Source: Patescibacteria group bacterium
GTDB lineage: Bacteria; Patescibacteriota; Patescibacteriia; UBA1558; GWA2-36-10
Reading direction: 5' to 3'
NCBI GenBank assembly: GCA_018819405.1
Contig: JAHJQF010000001.1
Coordinates: 817,469 to 881,468 of the forward strand
Length of the DNA stretch: 64,000 bases
How positions within the stretch are numbered: position 1 is the stretch's first letter; the number at the start of each line of letters is the position of its first letter. The notes below the pieces were generated by a model, which did no database searches, had not been told where the DNA came from, and saw only the letters and a list, made by a program, of their open reading frames with translations. This document shows, one piece after another, positions 19,767-28,289 of the stretch. The translations under genes were made by a program, and so were the position numbers.

Positions 19767-21869
19767 ATGCTTAGTTTCAGTAGAATACAAAATATTTTTT
19801 CTCAACTTTTATTGGCTCTTGTTATATTGGGCAACGTTTTTTTATTCCACAATACTAAAATAGGCCTTATTTTTGGTCTATTTTATCTATGGCTAAACAG
19901 TAAAAAGATAGCCGATATGTATGCCTCCAATATCCACCAAGGCCTAAAAAATGTGATGGGGCTTTTGACTATCTTAGCTTATATATCACTTGTATACACC
20001 ATGGCCTACCACTTGTGGCAAATAAACATTTATATCTGGCTATTTGTCTTCTTATCTATACCACTAGCTGTTGAGATACTTTCTTACTACCAAAATAGCC
20101 GACACTATTTTTTGACCAATACTAATTTTGGTTTTCTCAAAATCAGTCATATCAGAAAAACTATTTTACCTTTAGCTGTAATTGTTTTGGATATAATACT
20201 TGTTTCAGCTCTATTTAAAAAAGCCAGTCTGGGCATTATACGATCCCCTTGGGAGCTAGTTGGATTTAGATTTTGGTTGGTGTTTGCCCTTTCAAACTTC
20301 AGTTTGGCCGCCAGTATTATTGACCAAAAATCTTATAAAAATATAATACTTATTTGTTGGCATTTTTTCCTTATTTCTAGTATTGGAATTATTTTATATC
20401 CCCTAGGCTATGGCTATGACTCTTTTATACATCTAGCTGTTTTAGAAAATATCAACCAGACAGGCACTATAGAACCACGTCTTTTTCTTTATATTGGACA
20501 ATATGCTTTGACATTTTTCCTTAGCAATATATTGCAAATATCTATTGCTACTGCCAACAAACTGTTGATGCCGGCTCTATTTAGTATTTTTTGGCCAACC
20601 AGTCTATATTATGGTTTACGATACGGATTTAACTGGTCATACAAAGCTAGCTACCTAGCAGTTTTATGGAGTCTATTTATTGGCTTCAACTTTGCTATCA
20701 TGACCACTCCCCAATCTTTGACTTTTTTACTGCTGGCTATTTTTGTTTTCATACTGCCGGAAATAAACAAAAAGACTATTAGTCTCTATTTTACCCTGTT
20801 ATTAAGTCTCATGGCTCTTACTATCCACCCCTTAGTGGGTATACCAATGCTTTTCTTTACGACTATTTTAGCTATCTGGAAATTAAAAAAACACAAAAAA
20901 ACAAACCTTATATTAAAAGTCATTGCCTACGGATCATCAATTATGATATTGCCAGTTTTGTTTGCAATATATCAAAAAATAAATCAATTTAGCTGGCAGG
21001 AAATAATAAAGATAAACTGGTGGCCAATCATAAATCTACCTCGTATTTTTTGGTTTAAAAGCTATAGCTTTCCCCTTGATATGATCCACAATATTGGAGC
21101 CAACCAGTTTTGGATATACTCTCTGATAGTATTATTGGGCGTTTATGCCATATTCAGAGAAAACAAATATATTTTTTTCAAAAGACTCCTGATATTTTCC
21201 GGTCTTATATTGGCTAATTATCTACTAGCTTCCATATTTTTGTCTTTTAATCTACAAATTAGCTATCAAAAACATGACTACATCAACAGAATAGTATTTA
21301 TGCTGGCTATTATGCTTTTACCTATATTTCTAACTGCTGTTTATTTTTGGTGGAGTTCTGTTTTGAAGAAAAACAAACTAAGCCAAAAAACTTTTATTGC
21401 TGTCTTAACTACTATGGTGATATCTGTCAGCACTTATTTTAGTTATCCTGTATATGACCAACATGCCAACAGCAAAAGTTTTAATATCACTTCTACTGAC
21501 CTAAAAACTGTCCAGGCTATAGAAAATGATGCTCAAGGTCAAAACTATATAGTACTAGCCAATCAAATGTTAGGAGCAGCGGCTATATACCAATATGGTT
21601 TCCGAAATTACTATAATGAAAATTTTTATTATTCTATGCCGCTTGGTTCAGATAATATTTACCAAAATTTTCTCAATATGATAGAAAATGAGGCTAGCGT
21701 AGAAGAAGTGGTTATGGCGATGGATAAAGCCGGTGTGGATAAAGTTTATTTTGTAGTCAACAACTATTGGCACAGCGCCAAACAAGCCATTAAGCAGGCC
21801 GAAGAGACTGCTGACAAGAAATTATCTATAGATAATGGAATAAATACTGTGTTTATCTATAATCGCTAA
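19767..21869 (+). CDS. Large polytopic membrane protein (possible GT-C fold)
   Basis: Many TM segments, YGYDSFIH loop, IHP motif, soluble C-terminal domain. Confidence 0.6.
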   Translation: MLSFSRIQNIFSQLLLALVILGNVFLFHNTKIGLIFGLFYLWLNSKKIADMYASNIHQGLKNVMGLLTILAYISLVYTMAYHLWQINIYIWLFVFLSIPLAVEILSYYQNSRHYFLTNTNFGFLKISHIRKTILPLAVIVLDIILVSALFKKASLGIIRSPWELVGFRFWLVFALSNFSLAASIIDQKSYKNIILICWHFFLISSIGIILYPLGYGYDSFIHLAVLENINQTGTIEPRLFLYIGQYALTFFLSNILQISIATANKLLMPALFSIFWPTSLYYGLRYGFNWSYKASYLAVLWSLFIGFNFAIMTTPQSLTFLLLAIFVFILPEINKKTISLYFTLLLSLMALTIHPLVGIPMLFFTTILAIWKLKKHKKTNLILKVIAYGSSIMILPVLFAIYQKINQFSWQEIIKINWWPIINLPRIFWFKSYSFPLDMIHNIGANQFWIYSLIVLLGVYAIFRENKYIFFKRLLIFSGLILANYLLASIFLSFNLQISYQKHDYINRIVFMLAIMLLPIFLTAVYFWWSSVLKKNKLSQKTFIAVLTTMVISVSTYFSYPVYDQHANSKSFNITSTDLKTVQAIENDAQGQNYIVLANQMLGAAAIYQYGFRNYYNENFYYSMPLGSDNIYQNFLNMIENEASVEEVVMAMDKAGVDKVYFVVNNYWHSAKQAIKQAEETADKKLSIDNGINTVFIYNR

Positions 21870-21883
21870 AAAATATAGAAAAC

Positions 21884-21919
21884 AAAAAAAGACTGTCCCA
21901 CTATGGGAAGCCTTTTTTT
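21884..21919. terminator. Bidirectional terminator
   Basis: A-tract, GACTGTCCCA-CTA-TGGGAAGCC, T-tract, between convergent genes. Confidence 0.65.
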
Positions 21920-21938
21920 GTTTTAAGCTTTAGATGCT

Positions 21939-22220
21939 TTAAAGTACAGCGTCTTTACAAGCCTTAGCTACACGGAATTTTACTACAGTTTTAGCTGGGA
22001 TTCTGATAGTTTCGCCAGTAGCCGGATTGCGGCCGTCACGGGCAGCACGGTGTTTTTTTACTAGTTTACCCAAACCTGGGACAGTAAATTCACCACTTGT
22101 TTTGACCTCTTTGTAGGCTAACTCTCCTAATGTATCCATTAAACTGGTTACATCTTTTTTGCTTAGTCCAGTCTTTTCTGACAAGACATTAAACAATTGT
22201 GACTTGGTTAATTTTGCCAT
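21939..22220 (-). CDS. hup: HU family DNA-binding protein
   Basis: FTVPGLGKL..RAARDGRNPATGETIRIPAKTVVKFR. Confidence 0.95.
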   Translation of the reverse strand: MAKLTKSQLFNVLSEKTGLSKKDVTSLMDTLGELAYKEVKTSGEFTVPGLGKLVKKHRAARDGRNPATGETIRIPAKTVVKFRVAKACKDAVL

Positions 22221-22377
22221 AAGCGTAATATTAACTTATTAATTATTATTTTTCATCAATAAATATAGCACATTTAAAAAAGTTTGTGAATATTTGTCAA
22301 TAAAAATGGGGGAAAACTTATACACAGTTACAAAAATTTGTCAAATTACTGGGTTTTTTGCTTTTTATTTTTATTTC

Positions 22378-22413
22378 AAAGAAAGGCCCCGGAGTCAAAA
22401 AGACTACGGGGCC
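22378..22413 (-). terminator. Intrinsic terminator of microprotein operon A
   Basis: GGCCCCG..CGGGGCC stem followed by TTTCTTT on the minus strand. Confidence 0.65.
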
Positions 22414-22447
22414 ATCACCATCATCAATAACAGAGAGAAGTGCCAAT

Positions 22448-22615
22448 TCAGATCAGGTTGGCAATGTTGTAGCTGCACTTGCGTCTGTGCTGACCATCTG
22501 TGCATTTGCACTCCTGGCAGATGTCTCGTCTCGTATCTGCTGCCTGACGCTCCTCCTGAGTAACAGTAGTGTCCTCACGCTTGTCGCTCATATTGTACCT
22601 TCTTTCGTTGGACAT
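22448..22615 (-). CDS. Cys-rich microprotein (CxxCxC..H..C)
   Basis: GGAGGT SD before ATG 22615; ICQECKCTDGQHRRKC. Confidence 0.6.
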   Translation of the reverse strand: MSNERRYNMSDKREDTTVTQEERQAADTRRDICQECKCTDGQHRRKCSYNIANLI

Positions 22616-22626
22616 CAGCCTACCTC

Positions 22627-22830
22627 CTAAATATTTGCCGCATCCACAGATACCGCAGCGATTTTTGCTGCTTCCAGCTCCTCTTGTCTGAGTTTTTTGA
22701 GCCTCTCCAGGCAAGAAATTGGCGTGCAAAATTCCTGCCCGCAAAAATTACAACGCCATTTCCCTTTTGGCAGATTTCGATTGCCTTGGCAATCGTCCCC
22801 AGCTTCTGCTTCCTTGGACAAATCAGTCAT
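22627..22830 (-). CDS. Cys-rich microprotein (CxxC..C..C)
   Basis: AAGGAGG SD; WRCNFCGQEFCTPISC. Confidence 0.65.
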   Translation of the reverse strand: MTDLSKEAEAGDDCQGNRNLPKGKWRCNFCGQEFCTPISCLERLKKLRQEELEAAKIAAVSVDAANI

Positions 22831-22850
22831 CCTCCTTGATTGTTCTCCGA

Positions 22851-22931
22851 CTAACAGCCGAAGGTAGTGGGAAAGTAGCTGTCAAACAGCTCGTCGTCGC
22901 TGGCGTCATAGCCGAAAAAATTGTTGCTCAT
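22851..22931 (-). CDS. 26-aa acidic/aromatic microprotein
   Basis: GAGGAG SD; MSNNFFGYDASDDELFDSYFPTTFGC*. Confidence 0.55.
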   Translation of the reverse strand: MSNNFFGYDASDDELFDSYFPTTFGC

Positions 22932-22993
22932 TGTCAGAACTCCTCTGTTTGATGGTTAGTGACTTGTGGTGGAATGTACACTTCTAAAACACC

Positions 22994-23167
22994 AAAAAAG
23001 CCGCCTTATTGGCGACCTGCATTTTTTGATGTTTAGAAGTTAAATAATTACTACTAGCAAAAAAGCAATCGCCTAAGGCGTCAACAAAATAATGCTAATA
23101 ATGATAATCAAACTTCTAAACATATATTTATATAAATAATAATATCACCACTAAAAAAGACTGTCAA
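22994..23167 (-). promoter_or_regulatory. Promoter plus leader-peptide attenuator A
   Basis: TTGACA-17-(TGA)TATTAT; leader ORF 23123-23073 MFRSLIIIISIILLTP*; antiterminator GGCGAUUGC/GCAGGUCGCC; terminator GGUCGCC-AAUAA-GGCGGCUUUUUU. Confidence 0.75.
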
Positions 23168-23176
23168 TATTTAGAT

Positions 23177-23207
23177 GCGGCTGGTTTTCCTTTGGAAAAC
23201 CAGCCGC
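23177..23207. terminator. Perfect 14-bp hairpin at the end of operon B
   Basis: GCGGCTGGTTTTCC-TTT-GGAAAACCAGCCGC; no clear U-tract. Confidence 0.55.
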
Positions 23208-23217
23208 CAAAGCACTG

Positions 23218-23448
23218 CTAACCGCGCCAAAATCCCAGGGCAGGAGTATTGAGAATATTCTCGTTGGAAACCCCCAACACTGGATCTCCAGACTCAACAT
23301 CTAAGCTGGCCTGGCACTCGTGTTCTGCACAAGCATCAATAATGCTCCACCCTTTCTGGTAGCGAACCGTTGCCGGACGACTGACGCCCGATTGATCACA
23401 GATTGTACAGACTCCCTCTCCTGACCTAAGAGCCAGCCTCTTAGCCAT
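23218..23448 (-). CDS. Small zinc-finger-like protein (CxxC..CxxH)
   Basis: GGAGGTG SD; CTICD..ACAEH. Confidence 0.7.
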   Translation of the reverse strand: MAKRLALRSGEGVCTICDQSGVSRPATVRYQKGWSIIDACAEHECQASLDVESGDPVLGVSNENILNTPALGFWRG

Positions 23449-23544
23449 GTCAACACCTCCGTGATTGTAATGATAGAGCTCATCTTGGAGCTCCCCCAGT
23501 TTTATCAGAGATTTCCTCCTATCCTAGTTTAGTAGTCAATAGTA

Positions 23545-23733
23545 TCAAAACCCATCCCCCTTTATCTGCCCGTTAGGCAAACTGGAATTGGAGACAATTT
23601 CCTGAGCAACTGTCGGCGCCTCTTTATCCGTATTTTCCAGATACAGACACTGATCATAGCGGCCACGCAGACAGTTTCGACAATAGCAGATTTCCATAAA
23701 TCCGCCGCTGGGATGTGGGATTTTCTGACGCAT
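23545..23733 (-). CDS. Cys-rich microprotein (CxCxxC..C)
   Basis: AAGGAGG SD before ATG 23733; ICYCRNCLRGRYDQC. Confidence 0.65.
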   Translation of the reverse strand: MRQKIPHPSGGFMEICYCRNCLRGRYDQCLYLENTDKEAPTVAQEIVSNSSLPNGQIKGDGF

Positions 23734-23790
23734 GACCACCCTCCTTTGTGCACTAAGTGCGGTTGAATGCTTATGTCAATGAACTCTATC

Positions 23791-23975
23791 AAAAAAGGCC
23801 GCTGTTAGGCGACCTTTATTTTGTATAATTTATAAATTTTGAAATATATGATTACACAAAACTAGGTCGTCTGAGCGTCCAAAATAAATGAAATGCGAAT
23901 ATAGGTGTGATTTAGTTTTGTGAAATTTATTATCATATTGAATTTAGCTTATCATAGCTTAAAATATCTTGTCAA
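23791..23975 (-). promoter_or_regulatory. Promoter plus leader-peptide attenuator B
   Basis: TTGACA-18-(TGA)TAAGCT; leader ORF 23936-23862 MIINFTKLNHTYIRISFILDAQTT*; antiterminator AGACGACCU/AGGUCGCCU; terminator AAAGGUCGC..GCGGCCUUUUUU. Confidence 0.68.
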
Positions 23976-23982
23976 ATGTTTT

Positions 23983-24996
23983 TTAATTTTTAACATCAAA
24001 ATCCAAGAAAAAACCATAATGAGCTCTTTTTCTAAATTGAGGGCTCCTCAAATTCAACTTTTCTATAATACCTTTAGGGGACAAATCATAACCTTCTATT
24101 TCTATGGACTTGCCGTCAACTAAAGCTGTGGCCATGACTGGTTGTGGGTGTCCGATGGCATAAGCTAATTTTACCAAGACCTCTTTGGCATTATATTTTT
24201 TGAGATACTCTACTGCCAAATAACGAGCCATATAAGCGGCGGATCTATCTACTTTGGTGGAATCTTTACCTGAAAAACAACCTCCACCAACTGGGATTTG
24301 AGGGCCATAGTTGTCAGCGGTTATTTTCCTACCGGTCAAGCCAGTATCAGCTTCAAAACCTCCTTGGACAAAAGGGCCAGCCGGATTGATAAATATATTT
24401 TTGTATTCTGGGATTATAGGTTTTACTACTTCTTCTTCTATTAATTGTTTTAGTTTTTCAAAATCAACATCAGCCTTGTGTTGAGTGGAAACTACTACTG
24501 TATCCACTACTTGATTGTCATTTAAAGTGACCTGAGCTTTAGCATCAGGCATAAGATATTGAGATAATTCTGTTTTAGCTTCATTGCGAATTTCTTCTAG
24601 TTTTCTGACTAGTTTTGTGGCTAAAACATGTTCTATAGGCAACATTTCAGGAGTTTCACTGGTAGCATAGCCGACCATAATACCCTGATCACCTGCTCCA
24701 CCGGTATCAACACCACGAGCAATATCTGGACTTTGTTTTACTATATTTACCAATATCTCTAATTCTTCTTTATAACCTATATCTTTATATACATCTCTGG
24801 CAATTTGAGCGGCATCAAATTTGGCAGTTGTAGTCACTTCTCCCATTATGACTAATTTTCCATGACCACCTAAAGCCTCCACTGCTACCCGACTAGTAGG
24901 ATCTTGACGCAAACATTCATCTAAAATAGCGTCCGATATTTGATCACATACTTTATCAGGATGTCCATAAGTAATTTGTTCTGCAGTTTTCAACAT
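23983..24996 (-). CDS. metK: S-adenosylmethionine synthetase
   Basis: GHPDKVCDQISD, GAGDQG, DTGLTGRKI, GGGCFSGKDSTKVDRSAAY. Confidence 0.97.
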   Translation of the reverse strand: MLKTAEQITYGHPDKVCDQISDAILDECLRQDPTSRVAVEALGGHGKLVIMGEVTTTAKFDAAQIARDVYKDIGYKEELEILVNIVKQSPDIARGVDTGGAGDQGIMVGYATSETPEMLPIEHVLATKLVRKLEEIRNEAKTELSQYLMPDAKAQVTLNDNQVVDTVVVSTQHKADVDFEKLKQLIEEEVVKPIIPEYKNIFINPAGPFVQGGFEADTGLTGRKITADNYGPQIPVGGGCFSGKDSTKVDRSAAYMARYLAVEYLKKYNAKEVLVKLAYAIGHPQPVMATALVDGKSIEIEGYDLSPKGIIEKLNLRSPQFRKRAHYGFFLDFDVKN

Positions 24997-25020
24997 TTTT
25001 GTATAATTAAATTATTAATT

Positions 25021-25049
25021 AAAAAACTCTCTTTTTATTATAGAGAGTA
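25021..25049 (-). terminator. Riboswitch expression-platform terminator
   Basis: ACTCTCT..AGAGAGT followed by a T-run just upstream of metK. Confidence 0.65.
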
Positions 25050-25053
25050 GATT

Positions 25054-25152
25054 CGTCATCTTTCCCTCCAAATAGGGTTGGACTTAGCACCTTTCTAAAA
25101 GTAGGTTGCTGACGGATCATAGAGCCAAATCTCTCCCCGTTCTCTTGATAAT
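25054..25152 (-). ncRNA. SAM-I family riboswitch
   Basis: Minus strand UUAUCAAGAG..GAGAGA.UGGCUCUAUGA..CAGCAACC..AAGGUGCUAA.UCC..AAAGAUGA matches the S-box consensus; upstream of metK. Confidence 0.93.
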
Positions 25153-25244
25153 TTATATTAAATTTTACTACAAGTAGTATAAGGCATTTTGCTAAAAATG
25201 GCAAATATGACTATAATATAATTATAAAAAGTAAAAAATAAAAT

Positions 25245-25478
25245 ATGTTTCATGAACATTATTCAAGAAGTCTACTAAAATCAATTACCTGGTTTATTTT
25301 GGCTTTTATAATTACTTTCGTTATCTTGTCTATATTGAATCAAGATTGGCGTACTGGCTTATGGGAGGCTATTTTTGTACAAATATTAAAAGCTCTTTTC
25401 TATTATATACACGAAAGGATGTGGAATAAAACAAATTATGGACAAAAATTAAAAAAACCATCCCTAGTAATAAAATAA
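25245..25478 (+). CDS. DUF2061-like small membrane protein
   Basis: RSLLKSITW..YYIHERMW. Confidence 0.8.
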   Translation: MFHEHYSRSLLKSITWFILAFIITFVILSILNQDWRTGLWEAIFVQILKALFYYIHERMWNKTNYGQKLKKPSLVIK

Positions 25479-25480
25479 AA

Positions 25481-25798
25481 GTGCAGCTGTCAATTTTACA
25501 AAAGTTTATCCTCATTAAAACTTGGGAAAATAAAAAAAATACAATTTCCCGACAAATTTTTGATTCGTTTTATAGTTCTAAAAAAAATCCACCAGCTGCC
25601 AAGATAAGAGCCAATATTATTACCAAGAGTATTGAAAGATTGATTGATCGCGGATTACTAATAGGACTCGGCGAAAAAACCCAACACAAATTGTTTATCA
25701 ACCAAGTCAGACTTACTCCAAAAGGAAAAAAAACGACCATCTCTCTCCTAGATCGTCAAGCTCAATTTCCTTTTATTAAAAAAATAAATAAAAAATAA
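25481..25798 (+). CDS. Hypothetical protein, probable winged helix
   Basis: SIERLIDRGLL..VRLTPKGK pattern. Confidence 0.6.
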   Translation: MQLSILQKFILIKTWENKKNTISRQIFDSFYSSKKNPPAAKIRANIITKSIERLIDRGLLIGLGEKTQHKLFINQVRLTPKGKKTTISLLDRQAQFPFIKKINKK

Positions 25799-25799
25799 T

Positions 25800-26540
25800 T
25801 TACTCAATAACTATTTTTGTACCAACCTGGGACCACCAATATAGGGGTTCCATGTTTTCGTAGGCTACATTGACACAACCATGGCTCATCGGGTGACCAA
25901 AATTGTTGTGCCAATAAGCTCCGTGGATATAATATCCGTAGATACGCTTGGTAAAAAGCAAATTCCATTTGGTATTGGGATAATCATAGCCTATACCTCC
26001 ATAATGTTTGGTGGGAAATTTTTGCATAACCTCAAAATCTCCAACTGGAGTATCCATCCCTCTTACTCCGGACGATATCTTAAATGAATCCATCATCTTA
26101 TCACCAAAATAATAAGATAGACTTTGGTCTTTTATATTTACTTTGATAAGCTTCTCTATCTGTATTGGACGCATATCTAAAGGATCGTAAGCGTTGAGTA
26201 CTTCCTGTCCATCACTATAGCCGTCATGGTCAGTATCAGTGTCCATCAAATCAGTGCCCAATAAAAGCTCCCAATTATCATTGAGATTATCACCATCTGA
26301 GTCAATCTGCATCAAACGAGCGCCATCGCCTTTGAGAGGCGAATAACCATACTTTATCTCTTCACCGTCAGAAAAACCATCTCCATCAGTATCTGGATTT
26401 TTGTGATCAGTATAATATATCTGGATTTCATATAAATCATTTAAACCATCACCGTCACTATCCGCCAAAACTTGAGCCAAACATAAACCAGGAAAAAATA
26501 AAAAAAGGCCAGCTGTAAATATAAATACTTTTATATTCAT
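25800..26540 (-). CDS. L,D-transpeptidase (YkuD) with Ca-binding DxDxDG repeats
   Basis: Signal peptide; DSDGDGL/DTDGDG repeats; IHGAYWH..SHGCVN. Confidence 0.9.
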   Translation of the reverse strand: MNIKVFIFTAGLFLFFPGLCLAQVLADSDGDGLNDLYEIQIYYTDHKNPDTDGDGFSDGEEIKYGYSPLKGDGARLMQIDSDGDNLNDNWELLLGTDLMDTDTDHDGYSDGQEVLNAYDPLDMRPIQIEKLIKVNIKDQSLSYYFGDKMMDSFKISSGVRGMDTPVGDFEVMQKFPTKHYGGIGYDYPNTKWNLLFTKRIYGYYIHGAYWHNNFGHPMSHGCVNVAYENMEPLYWWSQVGTKIVIE

Positions 26541-26728
26541 AATTAAATTATAACATATTTTACAGATAAATATAATAAATATTGACTAAAGGTGGTTTTT
26601 AGGTTACATTATTTAAATAATCTCGGCCCTTTTCATTTGCAACATAGAAAGGAGGTTTTGACAGTTCAAGGATGAACGCTAGCTCTTGAAGCTAGCACAA
26701 AACAAACCCTAGGAACAGGAGTTCCAAA

Positions 26729-27067
26729 ATGCAAGCAAGTGCTGCTATTTTCAATCAGCTCCTCGACACGCTGGGAGTGCCGAGCCGACAGAGGCCGCTC
26801 AACAATGAGCAGGCCGAAAGACTCGGTATGCAACTGGTCCACGTCTGGCAAAAAAACAGCAAACTGCTGGCAGCTGCCCATCGCAACTTGCCAGCAAGTC
26901 GCCACGAAGCTGGGCGCTTGGCTCGGATGAATGGTGACCATTGTCACCATTTGGCAACAGCCATGGTCGCCAAGATGGACCAGATCGCTCCCGACAACGA
27001 TCCGATACTCTCCTCAGTCGTGAGGTCTCTCAACGAATCACTTGCTCACAATCAGGCCTCGGCCTGA
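26729..27067 (+). CDS. Orphan protein in a GC-rich cassette
   Basis: AGGAG SD; promoter TTGACT-17-TACATT at 26582-26610; terminator 27086-27127. Confidence 0.72.
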   Translation: MQASAAIFNQLLDTLGVPSRQRPLNNEQAERLGMQLVHVWQKNSKLLAAAHRNLPASRHEAGRLARMNGDHCHHLATAMVAKMDQIAPDNDPILSSVVRSLNESLAHNQASA

Positions 27068-27085
27068 TTCTCGCCAACTCCTTTC

Positions 27086-27127
27086 GACCCCGTCGCGCAA
27101 ACTTGTACGACGGGGTCTTCTTTTTTT
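27086..27127 (+). terminator. Intrinsic terminator
   Basis: GACCCCGTCG..CGACGGGGTC followed by a T-run. Confidence 0.8.
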
Positions 27128-27134
27128 ATACCCG

Positions 27135-28289
27135 TCAATATTTATTGCGACGACGACGGCCGGCTGACAAAGCAAATCTATGGGCTTCTTCCCTTACTTT
27201 AAGTAAGGTATTTTTTATATTTTCAGTCATCTCTTTAAATTCTTTTTTAGTTCCTTTTGGATACACCAATTTATCACCAGAAAATTTGGAAATACCAACA
27301 ATAGGAATATTTATATTTTGAGCCTTAAAAACTTTATCAACATAATCTATTTGCGGACGACCGCCATCAATCATCATTAGGTCAGGCCGAGTCCACTCCT
27401 TATGAGTAAGTCTTCTTAGCAAGGCCTCTTCCAAAGAACGCAAATCATCATTAGCCGGAGAATTTTTTATTTTAAAAAGCCTATATTGATTTTTGTCAGC
27501 CACCCCGGCAGAAAATACTACCATAGAGGCATAAGTTTCTTTGCCCGAAAAATGAGAAATATCATAACCCTCTATTCTATTGATGCCACCCAGCACAGAA
27601 TCTTCATTGGTCAAAAGCGACACATCCTGCAAATGCCTTAAGCTGTTTGCCTGCTCCGGATTTTCTTTGGCCAGCTTAGCCATCAACCTTGTCTTTTGAC
27701 CGGACAAAAGCAAAATAATATTATTTATATTTTTTTGATAATCTTTTTTGCTAATTTTCCCTACACATACTCCTGGACACAAGCCAATCTGGTGATCAAA
27801 ACATGGCCTAGTCTGATCAGGACGGCATTTACTGTAAGGAAAAATACGCCTGATAATCTTCAGAGCATTATTGAGTAATGCCGCGGCCTGGTATGGCCCA
27901 AAAACTCTGACACTGCCTTGGGGAAACTTTTTTAAATCCCGACCACGGATAAGTATAGGATGTGGATAATCAGTCTTGGCTATTACCAGATACAAAAACG
28001 ACTTATCGTCACGCTGAATGACATTGTACTTTGGCCAATATTTTTTTATATCATTAGCCTCCAAAACAACTGAATCCAAAATACTGTCAGTTTTTTGATA
28101 TTCTATATCACTAGCCAGATTTACCATCTCGGCAATTCTATTTTCTATATCTTTTCTAAAATACTGTGCCACTCTTTTTTTCAAAGATGCAGCTCGACCG
28201 ACATAAAGAATGTGACCCTTATCATCAAGCCAATGGTAAACTCCGGGACTATCAGGAAATTTTTTAATTTTTTCTTTTAACTTTATCAT
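27135..28289 (-). CDS. uvrC: Excinuclease ABC subunit C (shortened)
   Basis: PGVY..LYVGRA GIY-YIG domain, C-rich region, RIEGYDISH, IDGGRPQ, REEAHRFA; no C-terminal HhH. Confidence 0.92.
   Translation of the reverse strand: MIKLKEKIKKFPDSPGVYHWLDDKGHILYVGRAASLKKRVAQYFRKDIENRIAEMVNLASDIEYQKTDSILDSVVLEANDIKKYWPKYNVIQRDDKSFLYLVIAKTDYPHPILIRGRDLKKFPQGSVRVFGPYQAAALLNNALKIIRRIFPYSKCRPDQTRPCFDHQIGLCPGVCVGKISKKDYQKNINNIILLLSGQKTRLMAKLAKENPEQANSLRHLQDVSLLTNEDSVLGGINRIEGYDISHFSGKETYASMVVFSAGVADKNQYRLFKIKNSPANDDLRSLEEALLRRLTHKEWTRPDLMMIDGGRPQIDYVDKVFKAQNINIPIVGISKFSGDKLVYPKGTKKEFKEMTENIKNTLLKVREEAHRFALSAGRRRRNKY

Noticed and set aside
22378-23975. Prophage or integron
   Set aside because: No integrase, structural genes, att duplication or attC-like sites are visible.
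25019-25204. 61-aa ORF upstream of metK
   Set aside because: Coincides with the SAM riboswitch and its promoter.
26650-26675. SD followed by the tiny uORF TTG ACA GTT CAA GGA TGA
   Set aside because: Only five codons; cannot be separated from chance, though it may be a cassette remnant.
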